A DNA stretch of 64,000 nucleotides from Bacteroidota bacterium. GTDB taxonomy: Bacteria > Bacteroidota > Bacteroidia > Cytophagales > Spirosomataceae. Positions 9,799-20,332 of this stretch are shown one piece after another. The stretch covers positions 4,395 to 68,394 of the forward strand of contig JAZKDE010000056.1 in assembly GCA_040387735.1 (NCBI GenBank), given 5' to 3'. Position numbers and translations under genes: made by a program. The notes beneath the pieces were generated by a model, which made no database searches, was not told the origin of the DNA, and worked only from the letters and a program-made list of their open reading frames with translations. The first letter of the stretch is position 1. Each line of letters begins with the position of its first letter.

Positions 9799-10239
9799 TT
9801 AAAATAATTTATCCCAAGGAATACGACTTAATAACAATACAAGTCCTAAACCGAAGAAAATCAACGCATTTTTGTGTCTTACAGCTGAGTCAACAGCTCT
9901 TTTATTTTTTGAATAGCCAATTGTAATCAAAATAATAGCGATAATATTAGTCGAAATATGTTCTACCGCAATCTTACGATATTCCGCAATTTTCATTACT
10001 TCCGAACCAAGTTCAGTGAAAGCTTTTAATCCAAAAGGACTCAAAAATAAATATAAAACCAAGCCAATCAATAATTGCGTATGGTTTGAAATCAAGAAGA
10101 AAAGACCCAATTTTCGGTCAGTTTCTGTAAATGTTGACTTAGAACTAATACCCATTGCGGCTCTCACCAAAACAGCCAGACCCAATGCCATTACAACAAA
10201 GAAAAGTGCCTTGTGAATAAGTTGAAAAATTTCGTACAT
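9799..10239 (-). CDS. Hypothetical integral membrane protein (4 TM)
   Basis: 146 aa with four hydrophobic segments. No family recognised. Confidence 0.5.
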   Translation of the reverse strand: MYEIFQLIHKALFFVVMALGLAVLVRAAMGISSKSTFTETDRKLGLFFLISNHTQLLIGLVLYLFLSPFGLKAFTELGSEVMKIAEYRKIAVEHISTNIIAIILITIGYSKNKRAVDSAVRHKNALIFFGLGLVLLLSRIPWDKLF

Positions 10240-10338
10240 AATTTTGAGGATTTTGATTTGTCAATTTTTTTCAAAGATACTAAACAATGACTTCGTTTAT
10301 AATGTAATATTACAAAAACATCAAATCACAACAAACAC

Positions 10339-11997
10339 ATGAAAAAACGATTACTAATACCCACGCTCTGTTTGGCAAGTATGGCTTTGGGTTCATTTAT
10401 CACAAAAACCATTGAGAATCAATCGCTTTCGGTTGAAATAGTAAAACAAGCCGAAAAAATTATGGGCTTGGAATTCTCTCCTTCCGAAGCCGATTCCATG
10501 TTAGTAGAACTAACTGATACTCGCAAAAATTTTGAGGATATTCGTAAAGTAGAACTCAAAAATGAAGTTTCCCCCGCTTTATTATTTAATCCACTTCCTT
10601 CAGGCTTCAACTTTGAAAAAGGCACTTCTTCATTCAAACCTTCTGATGCAAAGACGGTTACTCTTCCGAAAGACAAAAACGAATTAGCTTTTTACAGTGT
10701 TCGTCAATTGGCAGAATTGATTCGTTCCAAGAAAATTTCTTCCGTAGAATTGACCAAGTTTTATTTAGAAAGGCTCAAAAAATACGATCCGCAATTACAG
10801 TGCGTCGTAACACTTACAGAGGATTTAGCCCTTCGTCAAGCGGCTCAGGCAGATGCCGAAATTGCCAAAGGAAAATATCGTGGCTTACTCCACGGAATTC
10901 CCTACGGAGCGAAAGATTTATTGGCAAAAAAAGGCTACAAAACGACTTGGGGGTCTGTACCATACAAAGATCAAGTACTTGATTATGATGCCATTGTGGT
11001 ACAAAGATTAGAAAAAGCGGGAGCCGTTTTATGTGCTAAATTAACCTTAGGAGAATTAGCTTGGGGTGATGTTTGGTTCGGAGGAATGACTAAAAACCCT
11101 TGGAATCTAAAGCGGGGTTCATCAGGTTCATCGGCGGGTTCGGCTTCATCTGTTTCGGCTGGTCTTTTACCTTTTGCCATTGGCTCAGAAACTTTGGGTT
11201 CTATCGTTTCGCCTTCGTCGGAATGTGGAGATACGGGCTTACGTCCTACTTTCGGACGAGTTCCCCGCACGGGAGCGATGGCATTGAGTTGGTCGATGGA
11301 TAAATTAGGCCCAATTTGTAGAACAGTGGAAGATTGTGCTATTGTCTTCAATAGTATTTACGGAAAAGATGGAAAAGATTTGACCGTAATGGATGCTCCG
11401 TTTCAATTTGACGGTACGAAAAAAGACTTAAAAGGCATCAAAATTGGTTATTTAAAAAATGATTTTGAAGGAAAATATCCAACAAAAACCCAAGACTCCT
11501 TAACCTTAGTAATGATGAAAAAATTAGGTGCAGAATTAATTCCAATGGAGTTACCAAATTTACCTTCCAATGACATTAGTTTTCTTTTAACCGTAGAAGG
11601 AGCGGCCGCTTTTGATGATTTAACTCGTTCTGGAAAAGATGATTTGATGGTTCGTCAAATCAAAAATGCGTGGCCAAATGCCTTTCGAGCGGCTCGTTTT
11701 GTGCCTGCGGTTGAGTACATCCAAGCAAATCGTCACCGTTCATTATTGATTCAAGATTTTCATAAAAAATTAGGAAAAATAGACGTGTATTTATCGCCAG
11801 CTTTTGCGAGTAAAAATTTAACGATGACCAATTTAACAGGACATCCATGCGTGGTTTTACCAAATGGATTTCGCAGTGAAGGTCGCCCGACGAGCATAAC
11901 ATTTATGGGGAAATTATTCGGGGAAGGGAAATTATTACAAGTTGCCAAAATCTACCAAGATGCAACCAATTTTCACTTGAAACATCCAAAGTTGTAA
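10339..11997 (+). CDS. Amidase signature family protein with N-terminal signal peptide
   Basis: 552 aa. Carries the amidase signature stretch GGSSGSSAGSASSVSAG and a GAKDL Lys region. The N-terminus MKKRLLIPTLCLASMALG looks exported. Confidence 0.8.
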   Translation: MKKRLLIPTLCLASMALGSFITKTIENQSLSVEIVKQAEKIMGLEFSPSEADSMLVELTDTRKNFEDIRKVELKNEVSPALLFNPLPSGFNFEKGTSSFKPSDAKTVTLPKDKNELAFYSVRQLAELIRSKKISSVELTKFYLERLKKYDPQLQCVVTLTEDLALRQAAQADAEIAKGKYRGLLHGIPYGAKDLLAKKGYKTTWGSVPYKDQVLDYDAIVVQRLEKAGAVLCAKLTLGELAWGDVWFGGMTKNPWNLKRGSSGSSAGSASSVSAGLLPFAIGSETLGSIVSPSSECGDTGLRPTFGRVPRTGAMALSWSMDKLGPICRTVEDCAIVFNSIYGKDGKDLTVMDAPFQFDGTKKDLKGIKIGYLKNDFEGKYPTKTQDSLTLVMMKKLGAELIPMELPNLPSNDISFLLTVEGAAAFDDLTRSGKDDLMVRQIKNAWPNAFRAARFVPAVEYIQANRHRSLLIQDFHKKLGKIDVYLSPAFASKNLTMTNLTGHPCVVLPNGFRSEGRPTSITFMGKLFGEGKLLQVAKIYQDATNFHLKHPKL

Positions 11998-12031
11998 CAT
12001 TTAATACTGCCTTAAAATGAACTAAATAGAC

Positions 12032-12094
12032 ATTTCTCTGTTTGATAAATGAATGTTTTAACCATTGACGTTTTATTTTATCAAACGGAGAAAT
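12032..12094 (+). terminator. Long stem-loop 35 nt after the amidase stop (no U-tract)
   Basis: An 18-bp stem pairs 12032-12049 with 12077-12094 (one G-U), with a 27-nt loop. Confidence 0.35.
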
Positions 12095-12252
12095 ATTAAA
12101 CTGGAAATAAATTCAATTTTTCAAGCAATAATCCGTTGTTTTTCTTGAACAAGATAATATTGACTTGATTGTATAACGAATTTTAAAATAACTAATACTC
12201 GTTGCGTAACTTTACAGAATAAAAACCATCGAGGAGAATATAAATTATCACA

Positions 12253-12813
12253 ATGCAATTTTCAAAAACAATCATTTTGCTTTCTATTTTGCTGACTTTC
12301 AATAGTTTTGCACAAAAAAATAAAAAAACACCTCCCGCCCCGATTGAGCAATTCCCTATTCCTCAAACCACGCCGAATCAGTTGTTTTATATTCAACGTA
12401 GCTCTAATATTAATACCATTATTTATGATGCTAATTTGGGTGCCGACAAAAAATTAGACCCCAAAAGTCCCGTTCATACTTATTGGATTCGTTATACAGA
12501 CGGCAGTAAAAAACAAGAGCTTACCAGCATACAACGTTCATTGGCGTATGGGCTCCACACTAAGCCAATCAATGGAGAATTAGGCAGTTACGATGGTTAT
12601 TTCTTTGCCTATCGTAAACGAAAATTTGTCGTAAAACTCAATCCAAAAGGAGAACCAATTGCGTTATTTCCGATAAATGGTAAAATGCAAATTCTGAAAA
12701 AAGTGTTTGTCAATGTGGACGAAAGCGGCATGATGCCATCGGTAATTCACGTCGAACTTTGGGGCCGAGACGTTGTAACTGACAAAGAAGTTTACGAGAA
12801 ATTTAAGCCATAA
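12253..12813 (+). CDS. Secreted hypothetical protein (DUF4833-like)
   Basis: 186 aa with a signal peptide. The LFYIQRSSNINTIIYDAN motif recalls DUF4833; this is from memory only. Confidence 0.4.
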   Translation: MQFSKTIILLSILLTFNSFAQKNKKTPPAPIEQFPIPQTTPNQLFYIQRSSNINTIIYDANLGADKKLDPKSPVHTYWIRYTDGSKKQELTSIQRSLAYGLHTKPINGELGSYDGYFFAYRKRKFVVKLNPKGEPIALFPINGKMQILKKVFVNVDESGMMPSVIHVELWGRDVVTDKEVYEKFKP

Positions 12814-12879
12814 AAAGCACCTCCCATCCGTTCAATATCCCTTTGAACACATATTGACGTTTTTAAAAACTGTATAATT

Positions 12880-12887
12880 TATTTTTG
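12880..12887 (+). promoter_or_regulatory. Candidate Bacteroidota -7 promoter box (TAnnTTTG) upstream of sppA
   Basis: TATTTTTG at 12880-12887, 89 nt before the sppA ATG. Confidence 0.3.
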
Positions 12888-12975
12888 AGTTATAGACATA
12901 GCTTTGAGCTACGAACGCTTTTAAACTAATAGCTCAAAACGCTTAACTGACATAAAACCAAAACTTAAAAATAAT

Positions 12976-14748
12976 ATGTTACAGTTTCTTAAATACGTGC
13001 TTGCAACCATCGTGGGGTTGCTTTTATTTACCATCGTTAGTTTTTTAATGCTTGTTGGTATTGGAGCAGCGATGGGTTCAAGCGATGATGTTTCTCTGAA
13101 AGACAATTCCGTTCTAAAATTAGACCTCAATCGTCCTATTGTAGAAAACGTTGCCGAAGACGAAAATCCACTCAAAAATTTAGGAGGTCCATTTTCCGAC
13201 GGTGCTGACAATCTCGGTTTAGTTCAACTCCGTGATGGCTTGAAACGAGCTGCCGCTGATAGTCATATCAAAGGAATTTATTTGCAAGCCAATTTTCCAC
13301 AAGCAGGTTATTCAACTTTAGAAGAAATTCGAAATGCTCTCCTCGAATTCAAAAAATCAGGTAAATTCATCTATAGTTACGGAGAAATGTTCTCTGAAAA
13401 AGGCTATTATGTTACGTCAATTGCGGATAAAATTTATCTAAATCCTGCGGGAGGAATGGACTTTAATGGAATTAGTGCCGAAGTGAGTTTCTTCAAAGGA
13501 GCTTTGGATAAATTGGATATTAAGCCAATCGTTTTTAGAGTAGGTGAATATAAATCAGCCGTTGAGCCGTATCTCCGTGAAAATATGAGCGATGCCAACA
13601 AAGCTCAATACACTTCCCTATTAGGTTCATTGAATGACCATATTTTTGCACAAATTGCAAAATCAAGAAACATACAAATTACCGATTTAAAGAAGGTTGC
13701 CGACGAATTAACTGCTTATAAACCGCAAGGAGCTTTAAATTCGAAATTGATAACCAACATTGGATATTACGATGAGTTTGAATCTGCTTTGAAAAAAACC
13801 TTGAAAAGAGATAATGATGATAAAATAGAATTTATCGGTTTATCTAAATTTATCAAGGCAAAATCTGCCATTTCTTATAACGATTCTAACAACAAAATTG
13901 CGGTTATTGTGGGCGAAGGGGCCATCGTTGGAGCAAAAGCAGACAAAGGAAATATTGGTTCGGAAGACTGGGTAGCGGAACTTCGCAAAGCTCGTGATGA
14001 TAAAAAAGTAAAAGCCATTGTATTGAGAATTGATAGCCCAGGAGGTTCAGCCTTAGCATCAGATGTGATGTGGCGTGAAGTTGAATTAGCCAAAAAAGTA
14101 AAGCCTGTCATTGCTTCAATGGGTGACTATGCGGCTTCTGGCGGTTATTATATGGCAATGGCAGCGGATACAATCGTGGCTCAACCAACTACAATTACTG
14201 GTTCAATCGGGATTTTTGCCCAATTTTTCAACTTTGAGAATTTCTTAAAAAATAAACTCGGTATCACCAACGACCGTGTAAATACCAACGCTCACTCAGA
14301 CTTCCCTACGGTTACTCGTGAAATGGATGAATTTGAAAAAGCGTGGTTTCAGAAAAGCATTGAGGCTGGTTATGAGTCCTTTACCAGCAAAGCTGCCAAA
14401 GGACGCAAAATGAGCATAGATAAATTAAAATCTCTTGCAGGCGGACGTGTATGGTCAGGAATTGAAGCAAAACAAAATGGTTTAGTTGATGTTTTAGGAG
14501 GTTTAGAAGATGCCGTAAAGATTGCCGCTAAAAAAGCAAAATTGAAAGATGGCGATTTCAAAACCAAATTTTATCCACAACCTAAAGGTTTTTTTGAAGA
14601 GCTTTTTGATAAAAAGGAAGAAGAAGTACAAGCCAGTATGATGAAAGCTCAGTTCGGTGATTTAGCACCTTATGTAAAACAATTAAAAGACTTGAAATCT
14701 CGTGAAGGCGTAATGATGTTAATGCCAGAAGTAATTGATTTTAAGTAA
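12976..14748 (+). CDS. sppA: Signal peptide peptidase SppA, 67K type
   Basis: 590 aa with an N-terminal TM and two ClpP/crotonase-like S49 halves (GGSALASD, ASGGYYMA). Confidence 0.88.
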   Translation: MLQFLKYVLATIVGLLLFTIVSFLMLVGIGAAMGSSDDVSLKDNSVLKLDLNRPIVENVAEDENPLKNLGGPFSDGADNLGLVQLRDGLKRAAADSHIKGIYLQANFPQAGYSTLEEIRNALLEFKKSGKFIYSYGEMFSEKGYYVTSIADKIYLNPAGGMDFNGISAEVSFFKGALDKLDIKPIVFRVGEYKSAVEPYLRENMSDANKAQYTSLLGSLNDHIFAQIAKSRNIQITDLKKVADELTAYKPQGALNSKLITNIGYYDEFESALKKTLKRDNDDKIEFIGLSKFIKAKSAISYNDSNNKIAVIVGEGAIVGAKADKGNIGSEDWVAELRKARDDKKVKAIVLRIDSPGGSALASDVMWREVELAKKVKPVIASMGDYAASGGYYMAMAADTIVAQPTTITGSIGIFAQFFNFENFLKNKLGITNDRVNTNAHSDFPTVTREMDEFEKAWFQKSIEAGYESFTSKAAKGRKMSIDKLKSLAGGRVWSGIEAKQNGLVDVLGGLEDAVKIAAKKAKLKDGDFKTKFYPQPKGFFEELFDKKEEEVQASMMKAQFGDLAPYVKQLKDLKSREGVMMLMPEVIDFK

Positions 14749-14755
14749 GAATTTT

Positions 14756-14802
14756 GATATTCGATTCTTGATGTTTAAAAAAATATCAAGAATCGAATAT
14801 TT
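14756..14802. repeat. Heptamer-phased perfect hairpin after sppA
   Basis: GATATTC GATTCTT GATGTTT AAAAAAA TATCAAG AATCGAA TAT. The 16-bp perfect stem pairs 14757-14772 with 14785-14800. Confidence 0.7.
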
Positions 14803-14823
14803 AACTACAACCAAAATACAATT

Positions 14824-15339
14824 ATGAATAATTCTATACAAATCAATAATCAAACTTTCGCCATTGAATACTACCCTGCTACAGTTGTTCATTCAGATAA
14901 ATACAATGAAACAAATTATTTTACTTTCAATAATTATAACGCAAATACTCCTTCACATGACATTACTTTCCGAGAAAATCAAACAGGTCATGAGTTCTTT
15001 TTTACAGTTGAGTATAGCAAAATGAAAGCATACGTTGGACAGAATGTAGATTTAATAACCTTAGATAAAAAAATCATTGGCTATGTCAGCAATTCAACCA
15101 ATAATTACTACTATTTAACTAACCAATTTGCTAAAATTTTACAGCTTGGAATTCATTGGAAATGGATAGTTTTTCTGGAAATTTCATTGGCAATAAGCTT
15201 ATATTTTAATACTGATTATTCTCTACAAAATTATCTTATCGGCTTTTTCTTTTTTATTCCTATTGTTTATCGGGTTGGTATGAGATTTTTTAATTTATAC
15301 ATAGAAAAGAAGATTGATAAAGTAGTTTCAAAAAGTTAA
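14824..15339 (+). CDS. Hypothetical membrane protein (orphan-like, N/Y-rich)
   Basis: 171 aa, very AT-rich, with an Asn/Tyr-rich N-terminal half and 2 C-terminal TM segments. No family recognised. Confidence 0.4.
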   Translation: MNNSIQINNQTFAIEYYPATVVHSDKYNETNYFTFNNYNANTPSHDITFRENQTGHEFFFTVEYSKMKAYVGQNVDLITLDKKIIGYVSNSTNNYYYLTNQFAKILQLGIHWKWIVFLEISLAISLYFNTDYSLQNYLIGFFFFIPIVYRVGMRFFNLYIEKKIDKVVSKS

Positions 15340-15401
15340 AATACATAATGAGACGTATTTTCAGAAACCCATTTTCCTATTTTCAACTTTATTATAAATC
15401 G

Positions 15402-16178
15402 TTAAAACTTCACCCCAAAATCCAAGTAAAAAGCTCCATTTTTCGTGATTAAATCACCAAAAGTTCGACTTCTATTAATTTCTACCAATCCTCGTTGGTA
15501 CTGTATTCCGAAGAAAAAAGCATCACCTCCCCTACTCAAAGGTTTTTCTCCACCGATTCCCAACAACAAGCCAACATCGCCAAAACCAAATATACTTTGC
15601 GAACTTGCCAGACGTTCTTGGTACTGAAAAAGAGCATTTCGTGTTTTATCTAAGGCTTTTTCGGCAATTTTCAAATCGAGCGTTCCCCCAAATTGTAGAT
15701 ATAGAGGCGTATCATCCAAGATTTTATCACTAAAAATTTTCATCGTTAATGGAATTTGCAAATACTGTAAATTGAAATTGGCCTCCGTTCCACGTAATTC
15801 ATCCGTCGTTAAAGGAGTTGTTTTGAATAAATCATTATCATAAAAACTACCGTGCATCGAATAATTAACACTCTTAACGGTGTACCAAAGTCCAGTACTA
15901 AAAGCATATTTATCGGTAATATAAAAATCAGCAATTGGCCCCAAACTCAACCGCACATTTGCTCCATTCGAATCAAATCCTTTGAAGTTTTTTGAGGCGT
16001 CAACGTAATTAATCATGATACCTGGAGAGAATTTAAAACCCATTTTTATTTTATAAAAACTGTTAAAAAATCCACCTCTATAACTTCCTCCATAGTTAGC
16101 GTCGGAATTATATTGTTGCGAAAAGCCCTCAAATCCTATCAGCAGAATAAAAAGGGTTAGTAATACGTTATTCTTCAT
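15402..16178 (-). CDS. Outer membrane beta-barrel (porin family) protein
   Basis: Signal peptide, alternating aromatic/Gly beta-strand pattern, and a C-terminal F (DFGVKF). Confidence 0.65.
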   Translation of the reverse strand: MKNNVLLTLFILLIGFEGFSQQYNSDANYGGSYRGGFFNSFYKIKMGFKFSPGIMINYVDASKNFKGFDSNGANVRLSLGPIADFYITDKYAFSTGLWYTVKSVNYSMHGSFYDNDLFKTTPLTTDELRGTEANFNLQYLQIPLTMKIFSDKILDDTPLYLQFGGTLDLKIAEKALDKTRNALFQYQERLASSQSIFGFGDVGLLLGIGGEKPLSRGGDAFFFGIQYQRGLVEINRSRTFGDLITKNGAFYLDFGVKF

Positions 16179-16312
16179 ATTTTTGTAAGGAAATTAATTA
16201 AGATCTTCGAGGTTAGTTTTTCGAGGTACGAGAAAATGTACATCTAAAGTCCAATATCAAAATCAACAATTCATCGGTCAATCTAAGTACCGAAAATCAA
16301 ACATTAAAACAA

Positions 16313-17344
16313 ATGCAATACTTGAAATTTTGTCTTTTTATAACCCTCTTTTCTCTCGCTTTGGGCTGCACTCAAACTAAAGACAACCAAACCAATTCCG
16401 ACCCCGATGTTAATAACGTAAAAGTTACCGTAAATATTCAGCGGCTCGACAAAGAATTGTTTGCGTGTAAGAGTAAAGCCGAATTATTAGATTTTTTCAA
16501 TAAGAATACGGCTTTCATCAATGCTTATTTTCAAGTTTCCAGTAAAGACTTTGATAAATTGGCGGATGATTTTTTACCCTTAATTCAAAATCAAGGTTTA
16601 CGTGATTTTTACAATCAATCACAAGAACCCGCTTTCTTTGGTAATCAAAACCTCGAAAATGATTTTCGTACTGCCTTCCAACATCTCAAATATTATTATC
16701 CTGATTTTAAAGAACCCAAAATCTATACCATTTTTTCGGGTTTCTTTGGACAAGGCACTTTACCCAATCGTGAATTAATGGTTTCGGATACTGCCATTTA
16801 CATTGGATTGGACTACTTTATGGGCAGAAAGGGGAAATTTTTACCCGATATTTACGATTATCAACTCCGAAAAGCCGCTCCAGATGCCATTGTACCCCTT
16901 GGAATACTTTTATTATCTCAAAAATACAATACGGTCAATTCGAAAGATAAAACCTTATTATCAGATATGGTTTGGTACGGAAAAAGTTACGTTTTTGCTC
17001 ATACCATGTTGCCCGAAAAAGCTGATACATTATTTATTGGTTACTCAGGTGAACAATTAGCGGGAAGTTATGAATTCCAGAAGAATATTTGGGCTCATTT
17101 CATTGATAATAAGTTGCTTTATAACACACAAGACCCCGTAAAAGCAAAATACGTTGGCGAACGTCCACTGACTCCAGAAATTGGCAAAGACTGTCCAGGA
17201 AGTATTGGAAGATGGTTAGGTTGGAGAATTGTAGGGAAATATTTTGACGAGAATGAAAACCTAAAAATCCAAGATTTAATGAAACAATCCGATGCTCAGA
17301 AGATTTTTGAAGCATCAAAATACAAAGGCTTACCCGATGAGTAA
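16313..17344 (+). CDS. gldB: Gliding motility lipoprotein GldB-like
   Basis: 343 aa with lipobox (LALGC). Size and the V.I.R.DK.LF start of the mature protein match my recollection of the GldB family. Not verified. Confidence 0.55.
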   Translation: MQYLKFCLFITLFSLALGCTQTKDNQTNSDPDVNNVKVTVNIQRLDKELFACKSKAELLDFFNKNTAFINAYFQVSSKDFDKLADDFLPLIQNQGLRDFYNQSQEPAFFGNQNLENDFRTAFQHLKYYYPDFKEPKIYTIFSGFFGQGTLPNRELMVSDTAIYIGLDYFMGRKGKFLPDIYDYQLRKAAPDAIVPLGILLLSQKYNTVNSKDKTLLSDMVWYGKSYVFAHTMLPEKADTLFIGYSGEQLAGSYEFQKNIWAHFIDNKLLYNTQDPVKAKYVGERPLTPEIGKDCPGSIGRWLGWRIVGKYFDENENLKIQDLMKQSDAQKIFEASKYKGLPDE

Positions 17345-17370
17345 GTAATATTTCACCCAAACACTAAAAC

Positions 17371-17841
17371 ATGAGAAAGCACACAATTATTTTATTGATT
17401 TCACTATTAAGCATCAGTTATTTTTCAAAAGCACAACTATATAAATCAGCCTTGGGTATTCGTTTAGGGCCAACGAATGGCATCACTTACAAAACTTTCG
17501 TGAATGGAAATGCCGCCGTGGAGGTTATTGGTACTTTTCGGAGCCAAGGATTTGGACTTACAGGACTTTATGAAGTACACGGCAGAGCATTTAATTCGAG
17601 AGATTTTAACTGGTTTATCGGTGGTGGTGGACACCTTTATGTGTGGGGAGATAACCGTCCGAGTTACTTAGACAATAACCAAAGAACTGTTTTGGGCTTA
17701 GACGGTATTTTGGGTTTAGAAGCCAAATTTAGAAGCATTCCGTTGGCAGTAAGTTTAGACTGGAAACCCGCCATTAACATTATCAATTATTCAAGTTTTT
17801 TGAGTGATGAAATTGCTCTATCCTTACGATATACTTGGTAA
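17371..17841 (+). CDS. Small outer-membrane beta-barrel-like protein
   Basis: 156 aa with a signal peptide, Gly/aromatic beta pattern and a terminal aromatic residue (RYTW). Confidence 0.5.
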   Translation: MRKHTIILLISLLSISYFSKAQLYKSALGIRLGPTNGITYKTFVNGNAAVEVIGTFRSQGFGLTGLYEVHGRAFNSRDFNWFIGGGGHLYVWGDNRPSYLDNNQRTVLGLDGILGLEAKFRSIPLAVSLDWKPAINIINYSSFLSDEIALSLRYTW

Positions 17842-17868
17842 ATTTAGATAGATAATAGTAGATTTTTG

Positions 17869-17915
17869 TTGGCTTTATTACATATTTGTATGTGTAATAA
17901 AGCCAATTTTATTTT
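17869..17915 (+). terminator. Intrinsic terminator after the 17371-17841 gene
   Basis: A 14-bp perfect stem ttggctttattaca/tgtaataaagccaa followed by ttttatttt. Confidence 0.8.
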
Positions 17916-17960
17916 CCGAAAATAGCAGAACAAAGTCTCAAAAAAATCATCATTAAAATT

Positions 17961-18956
17961 ATGCAAAACCAGTCCTTCAAAGCCCTTCAAATTTCAGAAA
18001 ATACTGAAAAACAATACATTACAAATATCATCGAACGTCAAGTTTCAGATTTGCCAGCGGGCGAGGTTTTAGTGAAAGTTCAATACTCAACCCTCAATTA
18101 CAAAGATGCGTTATCGTCAGTTGGCAATAAAGGAGTTACTCGCAATTATCCGCATACGCCAGGTATTGATGCCGCTGGCGTTGTTGCAGAAAGTGATTCT
18201 CTCGATTTTAAAGTGGGCGACGAAGTTATCGTAACCAGTTATGATTTAGGAATGAATACTTCGGGCGGATTTGCCGAGTATATTAGAATACCTGCTCGTT
18301 GGGTTGTTTCGATGCCCACAGGCTTATCTATGCGTGAAGCAATGATTTACGGAACGGCGGGTTTTACAGCAGCGATGTGTATTAATGCTTTGATAAGCAA
18401 CGGATTGTCTCCCGAAAAAGGCAAAGTATTAGTAACAGGCTCAACGGGTGGTGTAGGAATTTTATCGGTAGCCATTCTGAAAAAATTGGGTTTTGAAGTA
18501 ACAGCCGTAACCGGGAAACCCGAAGCCGCCGAATTTTTAACCAAAGTTGGTGCAAGCGAAATCGTTACGAGAGAAGCCCTTGATGACCAATCTGGTCGCC
18601 CGATGTTAAAATCAGTTTATGCGGGTGTTATTGATACTGTTGGCGGAAATATTTTAGCAACTGCCTTAAAATCATTGAATTACGGCGGAACAGTAGCCGC
18701 TTGTGGCTTGGTAGCTTCACCCGAATTACACACTTCTGTTTTCCCTTTTATTCTCCGTGGAAATGCCTTATTTGGAATTGATTCGGCAGAATGTCCAATG
18801 CCTTTACGTAGATATATTTGGCAAAAATTAGCTTCTGACTGGAAACCATCGGATTTAGAATCATTAGCTACCGAAATTAGTTTGGAAGAAGTACACGAAA
18901 AATTAAATTTGATTTTGAAAGGCAGGGCTTTAGGAAAATCATTAGTGAAGTTATAA
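17961..18956 (+). CDS. YhdH/YhfP (AcuI) family quinone oxidoreductase, MDR superfamily
   Basis: 331 aa. SLNYKD, P.TPGID.AG.V and VTG.TGGVG are characteristic of the YhdH subgroup. Confidence 0.85.
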   Translation: MQNQSFKALQISENTEKQYITNIIERQVSDLPAGEVLVKVQYSTLNYKDALSSVGNKGVTRNYPHTPGIDAAGVVAESDSLDFKVGDEVIVTSYDLGMNTSGGFAEYIRIPARWVVSMPTGLSMREAMIYGTAGFTAAMCINALISNGLSPEKGKVLVTGSTGGVGILSVAILKKLGFEVTAVTGKPEAAEFLTKVGASEIVTREALDDQSGRPMLKSVYAGVIDTVGGNILATALKSLNYGGTVAACGLVASPELHTSVFPFILRGNALFGIDSAECPMPLRRYIWQKLASDWKPSDLESLATEISLEEVHEKLNLILKGRALGKSLVKL

Positions 18957-18958
18957 GC

Positions 18959-19003
18959 AAAATTTTACTTCGAGGCTTAATCATTAATTCTCGAAGTAAA
19001 ATT
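18959..19003. terminator. Hairpin between convergent oxidoreductase and MFS genes
   Basis: A 15-bp perfect stem aattttacttcgag.../...ctcgaagtaaaatt (18959-18973 with 18989-19003). Confidence 0.65.
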
Positions 19004-19009
19004 TCTAAG

Positions 19010-20209
19010 TTATAGCATCTTATTCAAATACAAAAATCCTAAAGCAGAAAGCATACAAAATCCACCCATCAAATACCAAAGCGTAGTAAACCCGAAATAC
19101 TGAACCACTTGTGAGCCAATCGTTGGCGAAGCAATTTGAGCAAATGAATAGCACATTGAGTACATCGCAAGGTATTGTCCACGATTTTTTTCATTGGAAC
19201 GTTCTACCGAAAAACTCTGCATAAATGGCATGGCAAACATTTCTCCGATTGTATTTAGGGCAATTGAAACCCAAAGAATTCCCACAAAGAAATACGTATT
19301 AAAAACCCAAAATGAAAGAGCTGTCAGAATTGTACCAAAAGCAATTAAGGAAGTTTTTCTAAATCGACCTTCCAGTTGGTGTACCAAAATCATTTCAACC
19401 ATTGAAATCAAGATTCCGTTGAAAATCATCAAAAGTCCAATTCTCGATTCGGGCAGATGATAAACCGTTCGGAAATAAAGAGGCTCTAATGTGAATAATT
19501 GAAAAAACGGAACGGAATAAAATATCACACAAATAATGAAAAAACAATAGACCGAATCCTTGTACGGCGAACTCGCTACCTCATTTTTCACCACTTGTTT
19601 TTCGTCCTTTATAACCTGATTTTGGGGTGATTTTAACAATACCCTAAAGAGAATTGCGGCCAAAATACAGGTAATTCCATCGGCATAAAATATCAAGTCG
19701 TAGTTGATTTCTGCTAAAAAACCACCCACCCCACCCCCAATTGACCAACCTAAATTGATTGCTAAGCGATTTAATGAGTAAGAACGTGTACGATTTTCAG
19801 ATTTACTGTAATAGGCAATTGATGCAGCATTGGCAGGCCGAAAAGTATCTCCGAGCGTGGTAAAAATGAATACACCCACGCACATTGAATAGAAAGTAGT
19901 GAGGTGCATTAGTACTAATAGCATTATTCCAGCCAATAATAGACTAAAAAACTGAATATGGTAAAATCCTATTTTGTCAGAAAGCCTTCCGCCTAAAAAA
20001 GTGCCAAATAATGCTCCAGAACCATAAACTCCCATTATAATTCCAGCATCAGCCACGCTAAAATGCAATTTTTGAGTCATGTAAAGTGTTAGGTATGGCA
20101 AGACCATAGTGCCACTTCGATTGACAAACATTACTGCCGACAACAACCAAATGGATTTGGGTAAACCCAAGTAAGCATTTCGATATAATTGGATAGATTT
20201 GGTGAACAT
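19010..20209 (-). CDS. MFS transporter
   Basis: 399 aa, about 12 TM, with an MFS loop motif (GGRLSDKIG). Confidence 0.8.
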   Translation of the reverse strand: MFTKSIQLYRNAYLGLPKSIWLLSAVMFVNRSGTMVLPYLTLYMTQKLHFSVADAGIIMGVYGSGALFGTFLGGRLSDKIGFYHIQFFSLLLAGIMLLVLMHLTTFYSMCVGVFIFTTLGDTFRPANAASIAYYSKSENRTRSYSLNRLAINLGWSIGGGVGGFLAEINYDLIFYADGITCILAAILFRVLLKSPQNQVIKDEKQVVKNEVASSPYKDSVYCFFIICVIFYSVPFFQLFTLEPLYFRTVYHLPESRIGLLMIFNGILISMVEMILVHQLEGRFRKTSLIAFGTILTALSFWVFNTYFFVGILWVSIALNTIGEMFAMPFMQSFSVERSNEKNRGQYLAMYSMCYSFAQIASPTIGSQVVQYFGFTTLWYLMGGFCMLSALGFLYLNKML

Positions 20210-20288
20210 TTTAAAACTAAATTAACAACTTTTGTGTTTCGTTATCGTATTGATTATGAATTGATTATGAAGATATTGTGAAGTATGC

Positions 20289-20296
20289 TATCTTTG
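20289..20296 (+). promoter_or_regulatory. Candidate -7 box upstream of the small ORF 20333-20542
   Basis: TATCTTTG at 20289-20296, with TTG-containing sequence about 20-25 nt upstream. Confidence 0.35.
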
Positions 20297-20332
20297 CAAA
20301 ACCACATTAACACATTATCCCATTTAACCACC

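Noticed and set aside
10983-11351. Long antisense ORFs inside well-supported genes (10983-11351, 7789-8118, 20960-21289, 27724-28041, 51962-52291, 12921-13211, 42718-43053, 1026-1277 and similar)
   Set aside because: These are shadow frames of strongly supported genes on the opposite strand. Their translations are low-complexity (P/S/R/K-rich) with no recognisable motifs.
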